Part shown: positions 41,413 to 53,285 of the stretch, piece after piece
Numbering within the stretch: the first letter of the stretch is position 1
Layout of the letters: the number at the start of each line of letters is the position of its first letter
The notes under the pieces: model-generated
Told to the model about the DNA's origin: nothing
The model's input: the letters and a program-made list of their open reading frames with translations, nothing else
The model's database searches: none
Program-made: the position numbers and the translations under genes
Source of the DNA: Chiloscyllium plagiosum
Taxonomy: Eukaryota
Assembly (NCBI RefSeq): GCF_004010195.1
Contig: NC_057719.1
Span: forward strand, 11,772,603-11,836,602
Direction: 5' to 3'
DNA length: 64,000 nucleotides

Positions 41413-41736
41413 TGTCAATGTACTAAATTCAAACTTGATTGGAGTTTGGTATTTTTCAGGGTATAATTTAAACTGATTGGCCTAATTCGAATATGTTTTG
41501 TCATCTCCAGGAAACCAGCTAATCGAGTTGTTTGAACAAATGTTACATTATATCTTGTTCAGAACATTTGGTACTGTCAGGTAGTTCTGCTAGTTTTTAA
41601 CTCTCAAAGATACATTCACATCTTCATAATACTTAGCTCCGGGACATCTCTGCAGGAGTTCCTCAGTGGAATGTTCTAGGCACAATCATCTTCAGCTGCT
41701 TCATCGATGACCTTCCTTCCATCATAAGGTCAGAAG

Positions 41737-43103
41737 ACTGAAGGATAGCAAACTGTGTTCCCTTGTTCAAGAAAGGGAGTAGCAACAACCCTGGTAATTA
41801 TAGACCAATGAGTCTTTCTTTATTTGTGAGTAAAGTGTTGGAAAAGGTTATAGGAGATAGGATTTATAATCATCTTTGAGGGCAGTAAGTTGATAAGGGA
41901 TAGACAACACAGTTTTGTGAAGGGTAAGTCTTGCCTCACAAACCTTATTGAGTTCTTTGAGAAGGTGACCAAACAGGTGGATGAGGGTAAAGCTGTTGAT
42001 GTGTATATGGATTTCAGTAAGGAGTTTGATAAAGTTCCCCATGGTAGGCTACTGCACAAAATACGGAGGCATGGGATTGAGGGTGATTTAGTGGTTTGAG
42101 TCAGGAATTGGCTGAAAGACGACAGAGTGTGGTGATTGGGAAATGTTCATCCTGGAGTTCAGTTACTAGTGTACCACAAGGATCTGTTTTGGGACCACTG
42201 CTGTTTGTCATTTTTATAAACAACCTGGATGTGGGCAAAGAAGGATGGGTTAGTAAATTTGTGGACGACACTATGGTCGATACAGTTGCGGCTAATGCCG
42301 AAGGATGTTGTAGGTTACAGAGGGACATAGATAAGCTTGCAGAGCTGGGCTGAGAGATGGCAAATGGAGTTTAATGTGGACAAGTGTGAGGTGATTCACT
42401 TTGGAAGGAGTAACGAGATGCAAAGTACTGAGTGAATGGTAAGATTCTTGGTAGTGTGGATGAGCAGAGACACCTGTGTCCATGTACGCAGATCCTTGAA
42501 AGTTGCCACCCAGGTTGATAGGTTTTTTAAGAAGGCATACAGTGTGTTATCTTTTATTGGTAGAGTGATCGGGTTTTGGAGCCATGAGGTCATGCTGCAC
42601 CTGTACAAAACTCTGTTGTGGCCACACTTGGAGTATTGTGTGCAGTTCTGGTCACCGCATTAAAGGAAGGATATGGAAGCTTTTGAAAGGGTTCAGAGGA
42701 GATTTACTAGGATGTTGCCTGGTATGGAGGGAAGGTCTTACGAGGAAAGGTTTAGGGACTTGAGGCTGTTTGCGACAGAGAAGATTGAGAGGTGACTTAA
42801 TTGAGAATATAATCAAAAGAGCCTTTTTCCTCAGATGGTGATGGCTAGCACGAGGGGACATAGCTTTAAATTTAGGGGTGATAGAGGATAGATGTCTGAG
42901 GTAGTTTCTTTACTTGGTAGTAGGGGCTTGGAACACAGCCTGCAACTGTTGTAGACTTGCCAGCTTAACAGGCATTTATATGGTCAGTGGATAGGCATAT
43001 GGATGAGAATAGAATAGTGTAGGTTAGATGGGCTTCAGATTGGCTTCACAGGTCATTGCAACATTGAGGGCCAAAGGGCCTGTTCTGCAGTGTAATGTTC
43101 TAT
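41737..43103 (+). mobile_element. 5'-truncated CR1 LINE
   Basis: KGKSCLTNLIEFFE, VPQGSVLGPLLFVIFIN and HLEYCVQFWSP. TSD AGAAG at 41732-41736 and 43104-43108. Confidence 0.93.
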
Positions 43104-43594
43104 AGAAGTGGGGATGTTCGCTACCGATTGCGCAATGTTCAGCTACATTCATGACTCATTGAAGCAGGCTATGTTCAAATGCAACAAGATCTGGACTTGT
43201 GCTGACAAGTAGCAAGTAACATTAATTCCACATATATACCAGACAATGACCGTCCCCAACAAGAGACAATATGACTACCACCCCATGACATTTAAGAATG
43301 TTACCATCACTGAATCACCCACTATCAACATCCTTGTGTTTACCACTGACCGGAAACTCATCTGGCTTTGTCATGTAAATACAGTGCCTACAAGAGCTGG
43401 CCAGAGGTTGGGAGTATTGCAGTGAGTAACTCACCTCTGATGGAATACTACTCACTTGTCTGGATGAGTGCAGCTCCAACAAGCTTGACACTATGCAGTA
43501 TAAAGCAGCTTGATTGATTGGTACCGCAGCCGCAAGCACCAATTCCCTCCACCACCAATACTTAGGAGTAGCAGTGTACACTATCTACAAGGTG

Positions 43595-43900
43595 GCGGCA
43601 CAGTGGTTAGCACTGCTCCCTCACAGCGCCAGAGACCCGGGTTCAATTCCCGACTCAGGCGACTGACTGTGTGGAGTTTGCACATTCTCCCTGTGTCTGC
43701 GTGGGTTTCCTCCGGGTGCTCCGGTTTCCTCCCACAGTCCAAAAGATGTGCAGGTCAGGTGAATTGGCCATGCTAAATTGCCCGTAGTGTTAGGTAAGGG
43801 GTAAATGTAGGGGTATGGGTGGGTTGCGCTTTGGCGGGTCAGTGTGGACTTGTTGGGCCGAAGGGCCTGTTTCCATACTGTAAGTAATCTAAAAAAAAAA
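43595..43900 (+). mobile_element. HE1-like V-SINE inserted in LINE-A
   Basis: A/B boxes, V-domain and A-tail. TSD AAGGTG at 43589-43594 and 43899-43904. Confidence 0.92.
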
Positions 43901-45089
43901 GGTGCACTGCAGAAATTCTCCTTCGCCCTTTCCAAACCCACGGCCACTTCCATCCAGAAGGTCAAGGTCAGCAGATACATGGGAACACCTCCACCTGCAA
44001 TTCCCCTCCAAGCCAATCACCACCCTGACTTGGACATATACCATTGTTCTTTCACTGATGCTGGATCAAAATCCTGGAATTCCTTCCCTAATGGCATTGT
44101 GGGTCAACCCACACCACATGGAATGCAGCTCAACACTACCTTCTAGAGAGCAACTGGGGGCAGAAAATAAATGCTGGCCAGCCTGCGACACCCATATCCC
44201 ACAGTGAACAAAAAAAAGCATGTGCCTGAATCATGAGCTGATGGCCAAGGTATCTGTAGGTTCATGTACTTTGTCCATTTCCTGATTTAATCTCTGCAAG
44301 CTCCTGATGAAGACCCCTCCATGTGTTCAGTGCCTCCTGAATGAAACCTCCCAATTGTGATCAGTGAGTATGCTTTGATCGTGAAAGCTGTTCACCTGGG
44401 AGTCTCCTGCCTTAAGGAATCTGGACTCAAGCAGCCAAGAAGAATTGGTTTTGAGTGATTGGTACCTTGACGCTGAGCAAGTTGTCTTGATTGCTGTTAA
44501 GCCACCTCCAATTTGTATGTTTGTTTCTTCCATTAGATTTGGAGAATCATCTGAAGGCATTGCGGATGATATGTACCACCCACACACACACACACACTCT
44601 CTCAATTCTTCCCCAAATGTATACAGCTACATATATATGTGCACCCACATGTAAATACATATGCATATATGCCAATATGTAAACATGCTTAAAGATTCAT
44701 TTATTTACAAATGGATACAAGCATGTTCTGTACAAGCTTCTACAAGCCCGGTTTTTCTCTTTCCCCCTTTTCTTATGTCTCCTGCAGATAAATGAAAAAA
44801 CTTTCCTAGACTATTCTCCCTATTCCTGAATATTTGCATTTCTCTAATTTTCTCTCCATTCTCTTGGGATCTGGTTCCAGTATTCACTTCTGCTCGGCAC
44901 TCTCTCTGACCTGTATTATTCTCTCTCCACCATTCTCTCCGTTTTATCTGCTTCTCACTCTCTGCCATTTTGATTCTCTGTTAATCACTCTCTCTGGCCC
45001 CACTCTTCGTCCTTCACATTCTGTCCTCTGTTCCTCGTTCTATCCCAGGAGAAACCCGTTCTCTTCTATTTGATCCAGCCTATACCACT

Positions 45090-45598
45090 TTGTATAGCAG
45101 CTCATTCCATAGACACACCATCCTCTGTGTGAAAAAGCTGCCTCTGCAGGTTCCTTTTAAATCTTTCTTCTCTCACCTTAAACCTGTGCCTCCTTGTTTT
45201 GGACTCCCCTACCCTTGGAAAAATTCTTTTGTTATTTACCTTATTTATGACCCTTGTCTCGTGATTTTATGAACCTCTGAGATCACCCCTCAGGCTCCAA
45301 TCCTCCAGGGAGAAAAATCCAGCCTCACCTCAGAACTCAAGCCCTGCAGTCCTGGCAAGACCTTTGTAATTTTTTTCTGCACCCTTTCCTACAGCAGGGC
45401 AATCTGAATTTCCACTATATTCTAAAAGTGGCTTCACCAATGTCTTGTACAGCTGCAACATGATGTTTCAACTCCTGTACTAAATGCTCTGACAAATGGA
45501 GAAATATGCCAAATGCAGCCTTCACCATCCTAGCTACCTGTGATGCCACTTTCAAGGAACTATGTACAAAGTCTAGTTGTTTGACAGCACTCCCCAGG
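45090..45598 (-). mobile_element. CR1 fragment (host of a Penelope insertion; resumes at 47460-47490)
   Basis: Antisense LQLYKTLVKPLLEY motif. Confidence 0.75.
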
Positions 45599-47459
45599 GA
45601 GAATGTAAGGATTGCAGGTGCTGGAGCGTCAGAGTCAAAAAGTGTGGTGCAGGAAAAAACAGCAGGTCAGGCCAAGGAGCAGGGGGATGGACATTTCAGG
45701 CATAAACTCTTCAGGACTGTGATGGGGAGTGGAGTAGAAAGGAGGCTAAGAGAAAAATATGGGTGAGATGGAGGGAGGTAGCTGGGAAGGTGGTAATTGG
45801 ATCTAGATGGGGGTGATTGTGATAGGTCGGTGGGGAGTGGATGGGGGGGGTGGGAAGGAAGATGGACAGGTGGTACAGGTTAAGAGGGTGGTGTCGAGTT
45901 GCAGGTTTCAATCTGGGATAGGGTGGGGGGAGGGGAGATTTGGAAACTAGGTAAAGTTGATGTTGATGCCAATTGGTTAAAGGGTCCCAAGGTGGAAGAT
46001 TAGGCATTGTTCCTCCAGTAGTCGGGTGTCTTGGATTTGGCAGTGGAGGACGCCTAGGACTTGCATATCCTTGGGTGGAGTGGGAGCGGGAGTTGAAGTG
46101 GTCAGCCACAGGGCAGTGGGGTTATTTGATGCAAATGTCCCAGAGATGTTTCCTGAAATGTTCCACAAGTTGACGCTCTGTATCCAGGAAGTAAACGAGA
46201 CCACATAGAGAGTAACGGACACAGTAGATGAGATATTTTGATGTGCAGGGAAATCTCTGCTGGTTGTGAGAAGATCCTTTAGGACCTTGGACGGAGGTGA
46301 GTGGGGAAGTATGAGTCCAGATTTTACTCCTCTTGTGGCCGCAAGGGAAGGTGCCAGGAGTAGAGAGTGGGTTGATTTGGGGGGGGCGTTGGAGAGTAGA
46401 GGACCTAATGAAAGAGTCACAGAGGGAATGGTTTCTGCAGAATGCTGATAGGAGTAGGGAGGGAAATATATCTCTGGTAGTAGTGGGGTCTGATTGTAGG
46501 TGATGGAAATGGCGGAGAATAACGTGCTGTATCCAGATAGTTGGGTGGATGGTGAGGACCAGGGGGATTCTATCGTTATTGCATTTGGAGGGGTGGGTTC
46601 AAGGCGGAGGTGCTGGAAGTGGAGGAGATGTGCTGGAGGGCATAATTGATCACATGGCAGGGTGGGGGAAATTGCGGTCCTGGAAATGGGAGGCCATCTG
46701 GCATGTCCTGGAGTGGAATTGCTCCTCCTGGGTGCAGCAGATATGGCAGAGGCGGAGAAATTGAGAGGACGGGATGGCCCTTTTACAGGAAGGGAGATGG
46801 AAGGAGGTGTAGCCCAGGTAGCTGTGTGAGTCAATGGATGATCCCTGGAATGATAGGTCTAACATATGAGGAACGGCTGAGGATCCTGGGATTGTATTCA
46901 TTGGAGTTTAGAAGATTAAGGGGAGATCTAATAGAAACTTACAAGATAATACATGGCTTGGAGAGGGTGGACGCTAGGAAATTGTTTCCGTTAGGCGAGG
47001 AGACGAGGACCCGTGGACACAGCCTTAGAATTAGAGGGGGCAAATTCAGAACAGAAATGCGGAGACATTTCTTCAGCCAGAGAGTGGTGGGCCTGTGGAA
47101 TTCATTGCCGCAGAGTGCAGTGGAGGCTGGGATGCTAAATGTCTTCAAGGCAGAGATTGATAAATTTTTGATGTCACAAGGAATTAAAGGCTACGGGGAG
47201 AGTGCGGGTAAGTGGAGCTGAAATGCCCATCAGCCATGATTGAATGGCGAAGTGGACTCGATGGGCCAAATGGCCTTACTTCCGCTCCTATGTCTTATGG
47301 TCTTATAGTTTGAAATAGATGTCCGTGTTGAGTCTGGAGATGAAGAGGTGAGGAAGGGGAGGGAGGTGTCCGAGATAGTCCAGATGAACTTGAGGTCTGG
47401 GTGGAAGGTGTTCGTGAAGTTGATGAACTGTTCCACCTTCTCACTGGAGCACGAGAGAA
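45599..47459 (-). mobile_element. Penelope-like element (Neptune-like), 5'-truncated: RT C-terminus, Cys linker, GIY-YIG, terminal repeat
   Basis: EQFINFTNTFHPDLKFIWTISDTSLPFL; SCKRAIPSSQFLRLCHIC; FPCTSKYLIYCVRYSLCGLVYFLDTERQLVEHFRKHL. TSD CACTCCC(C/T)AGG at 45588-45598 and 47460-47470. Confidence 0.85.
46838..47306 (+). mobile_element. Young CR1 3' end nested in the Penelope element
   Basis: MIPGMIGLTYEERLRILGLYSLEFRRLRGDLIETYKI...WNSLP, open to the stop codon; tail tatgtcttatggtcttat. Confidence 0.92.
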
Positions 47460-47499
47460 CACTCCCTAGGCTCTACCATTAACTGAGTTAATTAAATAG

Positions 47500-49100
47500 G
47501 GTCTAGAAAATGGCTTCTTTCTTAAATACATTTAGTAACTTGATATCTACAGACATTCTGTGGTAGAGAATTCCACAGGTTCACCACCCTCTGAGTGAGG
47601 TAATTTCTCATCCTAGTCCAAAATGACCTCTCCCATTTCCTGAAACTGTTGGCCCTTCTTGAGGACCCTGGATGTTGCCTGGTATGGAAGGAAGGCTTAT
47701 GAGGGAACATAATTCCTGCATCCAATCTGTCTCATTGAAACATACAATTTACTATGTTTCAATGAGATCCCTTCCCATTCTTCTGAACTCCAGTGGATAT
47801 AAACTCAGTCAAACCAATTTCTTCATACAAGACAAAGGTGCTGTCCCAGCAATCAGCTGGGTGAACTTCCCCTGTGGCAAATATATCCTTCCACAGGTAA
47901 AAGCCATAGAACATTACAGCATAGTACAGGCCCTTCAGCCCTTGATGTTGCGCCAACCTGTGGAACCAATCTGAAACCCATCTAACCGACACTATTCCAT
48001 TCTCGTCCATATGCCTATCCAATAACCATTTAAATGTCCATAAAGTTGGCGAGTCTACAGCTGTTGCAGGCAGAGTGTCCCATGCCCCTACTACTGAATA
48101 AAGAAATTCCCTCTGACATCTGTCCTATATCTATCACTCCTCAATTATGTCCCCTCATGCTCGCCATCCGAGGAAAAAGGCTCTCACTGTCCAACCTCTC
48201 TAACCCTCTGATTATCTTATGTCTCAATTAAGTCGTCTCTCAATTGCTTTCTTTCTAATGAAAACAGTCTCAAGTCCCTCAACTTTTCCTCATAAGCCTT
48301 CCTTCCATACCAGGCAACATCCTGGTAAATCTCCTCTGAACCCTTTTCAGAGCTTCTATATCCTTCCTATAATGCAGTGACCAGAACTTTACGCAATACT
48401 CAAAACGTGACCACACCAGAGTTTTGTACAGCTGCAATCCCACTACCAATAAAAGTTAACACACCATATGCCACCTCAACAAACCTATCAAGGGTGGTAT
48501 GGGTGGCAACTTCCAAGGATCTCTATGTACTGAGATCTCTTTGCTGATCTACACTGCCAAGAATCTTACCACTAGCCCAGTACTCTGCATTTCTGTTATT
48601 CCTTCCAAAGGGAATCACCTCTCACTTTTCTGCATTAAACTTCATTTGTCACCTCTCAGCCCATCTCTGTAGTTTATCTATGTCTCTGTAACCTATAAGA
48701 TCCTTCATCACTATCCACAACTCTACTGACCTTATTGTCATCTGCAAATTTACTAACACATCCTTCAATGCCCTCATTCAGGTCATTTATATAAATGACA
48801 AATGACAGTGGATCCAAAACAGATCCTTGCAGTACCCCACTAGTAATTGAACTCCAGGATGAATGTTTTCTATCAAGCACCACCCTCTGTCGTCTTTCAC
48901 CCTGGCCAATGTCTGATCCAAACCACTAAATCACTCTCAATCCCATGCCTCTGTATTTTGTGCAGTAGCCTACTGTGGGGAATCTTATCAAATGCCTAAC
49001 TGAAATATATATACACCACATCAACTGCTTTTCCCCTCAGCCATCTGTTTGGTCACCTTCTCAAAGAACTCAATAAAATTTGAGAGGCACAATCGACCCT
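47500..49100 (-). mobile_element. Two adjacent antisense CR1 fragments (47500-47904 older; 47905-49100 younger)
   Basis: TQRVVNLWNSLP; SGVLQGSVLDPLSFVIYINDL..KFADD. The 3' end at 47905 resembles 43000-43103. Confidence 0.85.
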
Positions 49101-49699
49101 GCTCATTAGAATCTGCCTCCGATCTCCTAGTTGATTTTCTTCACCACTTGCAACCTCAATTCATTGCCAAAATTTTGATGCGTCCATGTCTCTGCAACCC
49201 ATTCTGGTTTCTCTTTCATTCCCTCCCTGGCTACAGTCCCCTTTGTTGTTGCACCTATTCTGTCGGTGAGTGCACTGTACTTTAGTTCTAGTACTAATTA
49301 TTCACATGCCTTGGACCTTGTCCTTTACTCTCCCAACATGGCTCATCTTATTTTTGCTCGCTCTCTTCCCCCGCCCCCCCCCCCCCCAAACCACCACCGT
49401 CTGCTTCTCTCTGACCTGAATATCTGCCGTTACTTCCAATTCAATCCTTCTCCACCTTGTTACCTCTGACCTTAAGCCTCTCCAGCCGCCCTCTAAACTC
49501 TCTCTCTCTAATTCCCCCATCTGTTCACCGCTTCCCACGCTCCTTGTGTGACTCCCACTCATTGCTCCCAATTTGTCTAAAGTTTGCCAACACTTCCAGA
49601 CCGTCCCTAACTCGGGGATTATCACCTCTTGTCTCCTACCTCCCGCCTCTGTAACTCCTCTCCCTTCAATGTACTTTATTATTCTCTCCCACCTCCAAA

Positions 49700-50306
49700 T
49701 CAACCCACACGTCACTGAAACTGTTGACGTCTTGGGTGTTTCGGGCTTTTATAGTCACCAGAGTCGACTGAAGCTTCGGGGAACAGAGCAGGGAAAATAT
49801 AAATGTACCGAGAGAGAGAGAGAGACACACACACACACAGAGGAACCCTCCACTGACATCAACGCTAGCACACAAGAGACTAAGCAGAAAGGACGCTTCA
49901 GTCGAAAGAGAACGGGATTCGTTTGAAAAATTCAAACTTTTGTAAAAATATATATTTGTATCTTCGATATTCCTCCGTCTCGATCCAGATAGGGTCAGTT
50001 TTAGATAGGAGCTAGACTAAAGGTTGGAAAAGGTATTTAGTGGAAGGACATTGGACTGCAGCTGAGGGAGGGTTTGAGGGAAGAGAGTTTGGAGGGGTGG
50101 GGGGAGGCGAAGATCGCATTTATCCTGAACACCGACTGTGTAGACTTGGAGTGACTCCAGCAGCGACTTGTAGAGAAACTGAACCTTATCTGAGCGGGAG
50201 AGGTGCACATTCTGAGAAAAAGAACACTTTCTAGGTTCCCTCCCTCCCCCAGCTCCACTCTCCAAAGGTTATTTCACATAAACACGTTGAGGCACACGGC
50301 GAGGTG
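49700..50306 (+). promoter_or_regulatory. ISM2: Putative ISM2 promoter and 5' UTR
   Basis: Locally raised CpG content, TATAAA at 49798-49803, (GA)n(CA)n tract, and ~500 nt with no ATG before the start codon at 50307. Confidence 0.5.
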
Positions 50307-50447
50307 ATGCGGCTGATCAGAGAGACCTTTCAGTTCCTGGCCCTCATCTCTCTCACCACTTTCTTGGTCTTGCTCCAGGCACTGCCAACCGGCAAACTGC
50401 AGCCGAGCAGTCAGCAGGGAACGAGCAGTAGCAGCACGGGAGGCGAG
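50307..50447 (+). CDS. ISM2: Isthmin, first coding exon (signal peptide)
   Basis: ATG at 50307; MRLIRETFQFLALISLTTFLVLLQALPTGKLQPSSQQGTSSSSTGGE has a basic N-region, hydrophobic core and LQA-LP cleavage-like site. GAG|GTGAGT donor, phase 0, compatible with the next exon. Confidence 0.82.
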
Positions 50448-50639
50448 GTGAGTCAGTGTCCTTGGATTGATTTTAAATCATATTAGCTTTTTTTAAAAAA
50501 AAATAAAAACGTCCAGAGAGATGGAGCAAGGTAAATACTTGAAAGCTGAGAAGTTATATCAGTAGAAAGTGGGATCTGTATTATGAAGGTACATTATTTG
50601 TGTTTGCCTTTCTGCGCTGGGTTTGTGTGTTATATATTT

Positions 50640-50823
50640 CATAGAATCCCTACAGTGTGGAAACAGGTCAATCGGCTCAACAAGTCCATGCCGATCCTCC
50701 GAAGAGCATCTCACTCAGACCCATCTCCCTACCCTGTCCCTGTAACCCTGCATTCCTATGCTTATACACTAACCTACTCATCCCTGAACATTATGGGTAG
50801 TTTAGCATAGCCACTCCACCTAC
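50640..50823 (-). mobile_element. V-SINE 3' half
   Basis: atagaatccctacagtgtggaaacagg...tttagcatagcca. Confidence 0.8.
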
Positions 50824-50824
50824 T

Positions 50825-51090
50825 TGTGTGTGCCTGTCTATATTTGTGTCTGTATATGTACATGTCTGTGTGTCTGTTTGCATTTGTGTGTATTTGTGCA
50901 TGTCTATCTATGTTTGTGTCTCGATGTGTGAATTTATCCTTGCTTATCTGTAATTTGCCTGTAATGATGTGTTGCACTGTATTTGTGTCTGTTTGTATGT
51001 GGCTGTATGTATTTGTGTGTCCCTTGTATTTGTGTCTGTGTTTGTATGTGTGCTATCTGTATATGTATCTGTTCGTGTGCCTGTGCATGT
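50825..51090. repeat. Degenerate (TG)-rich low-complexity tract
   Basis: Directly visible. Confidence 0.85.
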
Positions 51091-52519
51091 TCTTGCCAAG
51101 TTTGAATGTTTACAGCTTCTTGCTGTTAAACAAGGAAGCCTGCTCCCTGTTTCCTGTATTAAGTCTTAGAATTTTTTTTAATCAAAACTGCATGCAGCTC
51201 AGTCTGAAACCCTCTTCTCCGCTCCTCTCCCGGGATTAGGGCTGGGATACGAGCTGGTGCCTAAACTCAGGCTGGGCTGACAGGAGCCCAGAGTTGTATC
51301 GCCACTGGCTCACAGTTCAAATCTGCTGTGCTGTAGTTCTCTAACACTCTGAGTTACTGCTTGCTGCATACGCCCCTTTTAATAACTTTGAGCTACAGGA
51401 GAGTTTGACTTCACTGAGTTACAGTTCAGGTCACCCAGGGAGAGGGTTTTGGTTTGGTCATTGGGGAGAGTTGAGGTTTATATGTTGGGGTCAGTTTTGC
51501 TTCAACTCATTTTTTAAAAATATATATAACTTTGCCCATGTGCTTTAAAAATGTAGTGAAACCTTCAATTTCTCTGAGGTATTGCACCTGTAAACATTTA
51601 CAGTCCCTTCCCTTCATAATGTTTCAAAGTCAGAGGCCCAGGAAGGGTTCATATACCCTGGAGGGACAGACTGTTTGTCCTGGGATGAGACAGACATATG
51701 CACTCACACACACCACCAATAGTCAGCCAGCAGGGCTTTGTGCCAAGGACTCAAACTCCAAACTACTGCTGCAGCCAAAACACCCTCCATCCCTCCTAGA
51801 CTATAGGCAGACTGTCATTCTGCATGGGCTAAGTAAGGGGCTTTGATCGTTTGTTTGTTTTTGTGTGTAGTGGGGAGGGGTTCCGGCTCCAAAATTCACT
51901 CAAGAAATCCCAGGAACTGCTCCTCAAACACTTGCCTTTCACTCAGAAGAGATTGTGTGACATTTCTCATGGTGAGGAGACTCTGGTTAGTAGGGGTCCC
52001 AATGGAGAGATTCTGGTTAATATGGGCCCTTGTGGTCATACTCATTCCTCTTCAAATTGTGTGTAATTCCAGTAAGGCCTAAGGAGTTCAAACTAAACGT
52101 GTTCACCAGATGGCCTGCTTTCAGAAGTATTTTTATGACCAAACCCTACATCCCCCCCACCCTTTCACAGAATGATTGATGTCTTTCACAAGCTCTCATC
52201 ATTGATTTTCAATGTATTGCAATGAGCACTGTTTCTGTTGTTCTGTGATGTGCTTTTGATTTGATCCAATGATGAGGATTTCTTCAGATCTCATCTGTTC
52301 CTGATTGTAGGTGAAACACTCAAACTCTGGTGGGCATAGCTCTGGTTTGACTCACTTTTTGAAGTCTTATTCATGAGTAATGTCTCACTGCTGGTAGCTC
52401 TGATATTAAAACCCATACAAAATCAAAGTCAAACTATTGGGCATTTTACTTATTTGTTTTATGAATAACTATCATAATTCCTTCTATTGAAAAATGCAAG
52501 CCTGTCCTACTCGGAGGAA

Positions 52520-52666
52520 GTCAGAAGTCACATGACACCAGATTATAGTCCAACAGGTTTATTGAAATCACAAGCTTTTGTAGCATTGCCCCATCGTCAG
52601 GTGAACGTCACTAACATTGACTTCTGACTTTGTCCATCCCAATCCAACATTAACATCTCCACATCA
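52520..52666. mobile_element. Penelope-like terminal repeat mini-insertion with inverted end
   Basis: Homologous to 62549-62634. TSD TACT(C/T)GGAGGAA at 52508-52519 and 52667-52678; decayed hammerhead on the minus strand. Confidence 0.75.
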
Positions 52667-52789
52667 TACTTGGAGGAATTCAGCCCTGTAACTTGACCTG
52701 TCGTTTATTCTGTTCTCAGCATAGTTTCAGTAATCGTGGATTTGGGAGGGGACGATTGAGTTACACTTTCTGCTCCAGATCCCAGTGTG

Positions 52790-53285
52790 TGCATCTACTC
52801 TCTCTTTTCCCCTCTCCTCTTGTTTACTTTCTTTTCCTCTAACTCTATGCTCAGCGCTATATTTGTTTTTTTCTCTCTATTTACTAGATACTTTCTCCTC
52901 TCCATTCCTTCCCCTTGCCCCTTTTCTCTCACCCTCTCTACTCTCTTTTTCTCTTCATTCGCTCTTCCTTTCCTACCACCCCCACTCTCCCTCTGTGTCT
53001 CCCCTTACAATTCCTTCCCCATCTTGCTTTCTCCCTCTCCCCACTCTCTTTTGACTCTCTCTCTCTTGACTCTCTCTCTCGACTCGCTCTCTCTTCCCCC
53101 CCTGACTCTATCCATCCGACTCTCTCTACTCACTTTCTCTCCCTGCCCACTCCCTATCCAAAAATCCCATTCTCTTCCCCATATACACACACACACTCTG
53201 ACTCTCTCTCCCCATTCTCTCACTCCTAGCCAACCCCACTGCAGCCCACTCATTGATTTTCTCTCTCTCTCTCTCTTTCTCTGTG
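52790..53285. repeat. Polypyrimidine (CT-rich) low-complexity tract
   Basis: Directly visible. Confidence 0.85.

Larger units (their letters stand above)
37644..41631. mobile_element. Probable solo LTR (~660 bp), split by a CR1
   Basis: Starts TGTTACGA and ends TCATAATA (decayed TCGTAACA). Flanked by CTCAG (37639-37643) and CTTAG (41632-41636). Halves are 37644-38091 and 41420-41631. Confidence 0.6.
37286..44217 (+). mobile_element. LINE-A (non-LTR retrotransposon, clade not determined), fragmented host of nested insertions
   Basis: Pieces 37286-37643, 41637-41736, 43109-43594 and 43905-44217 rejoin across TSDs into RT sequence (SAGVPQ..VLG.IIFSCFIDDLPSIIRSEVGMFA) and a 3' end with an A-tail. 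Confidence 0.8.

Noticed and set aside
45977..46834. Longest ORF in the window (285 aa)
   Set aside because: Mostly an off-frame reading of a decayed Penelope element; the recognisable RT and GIY-YIG motifs lie in other frames.
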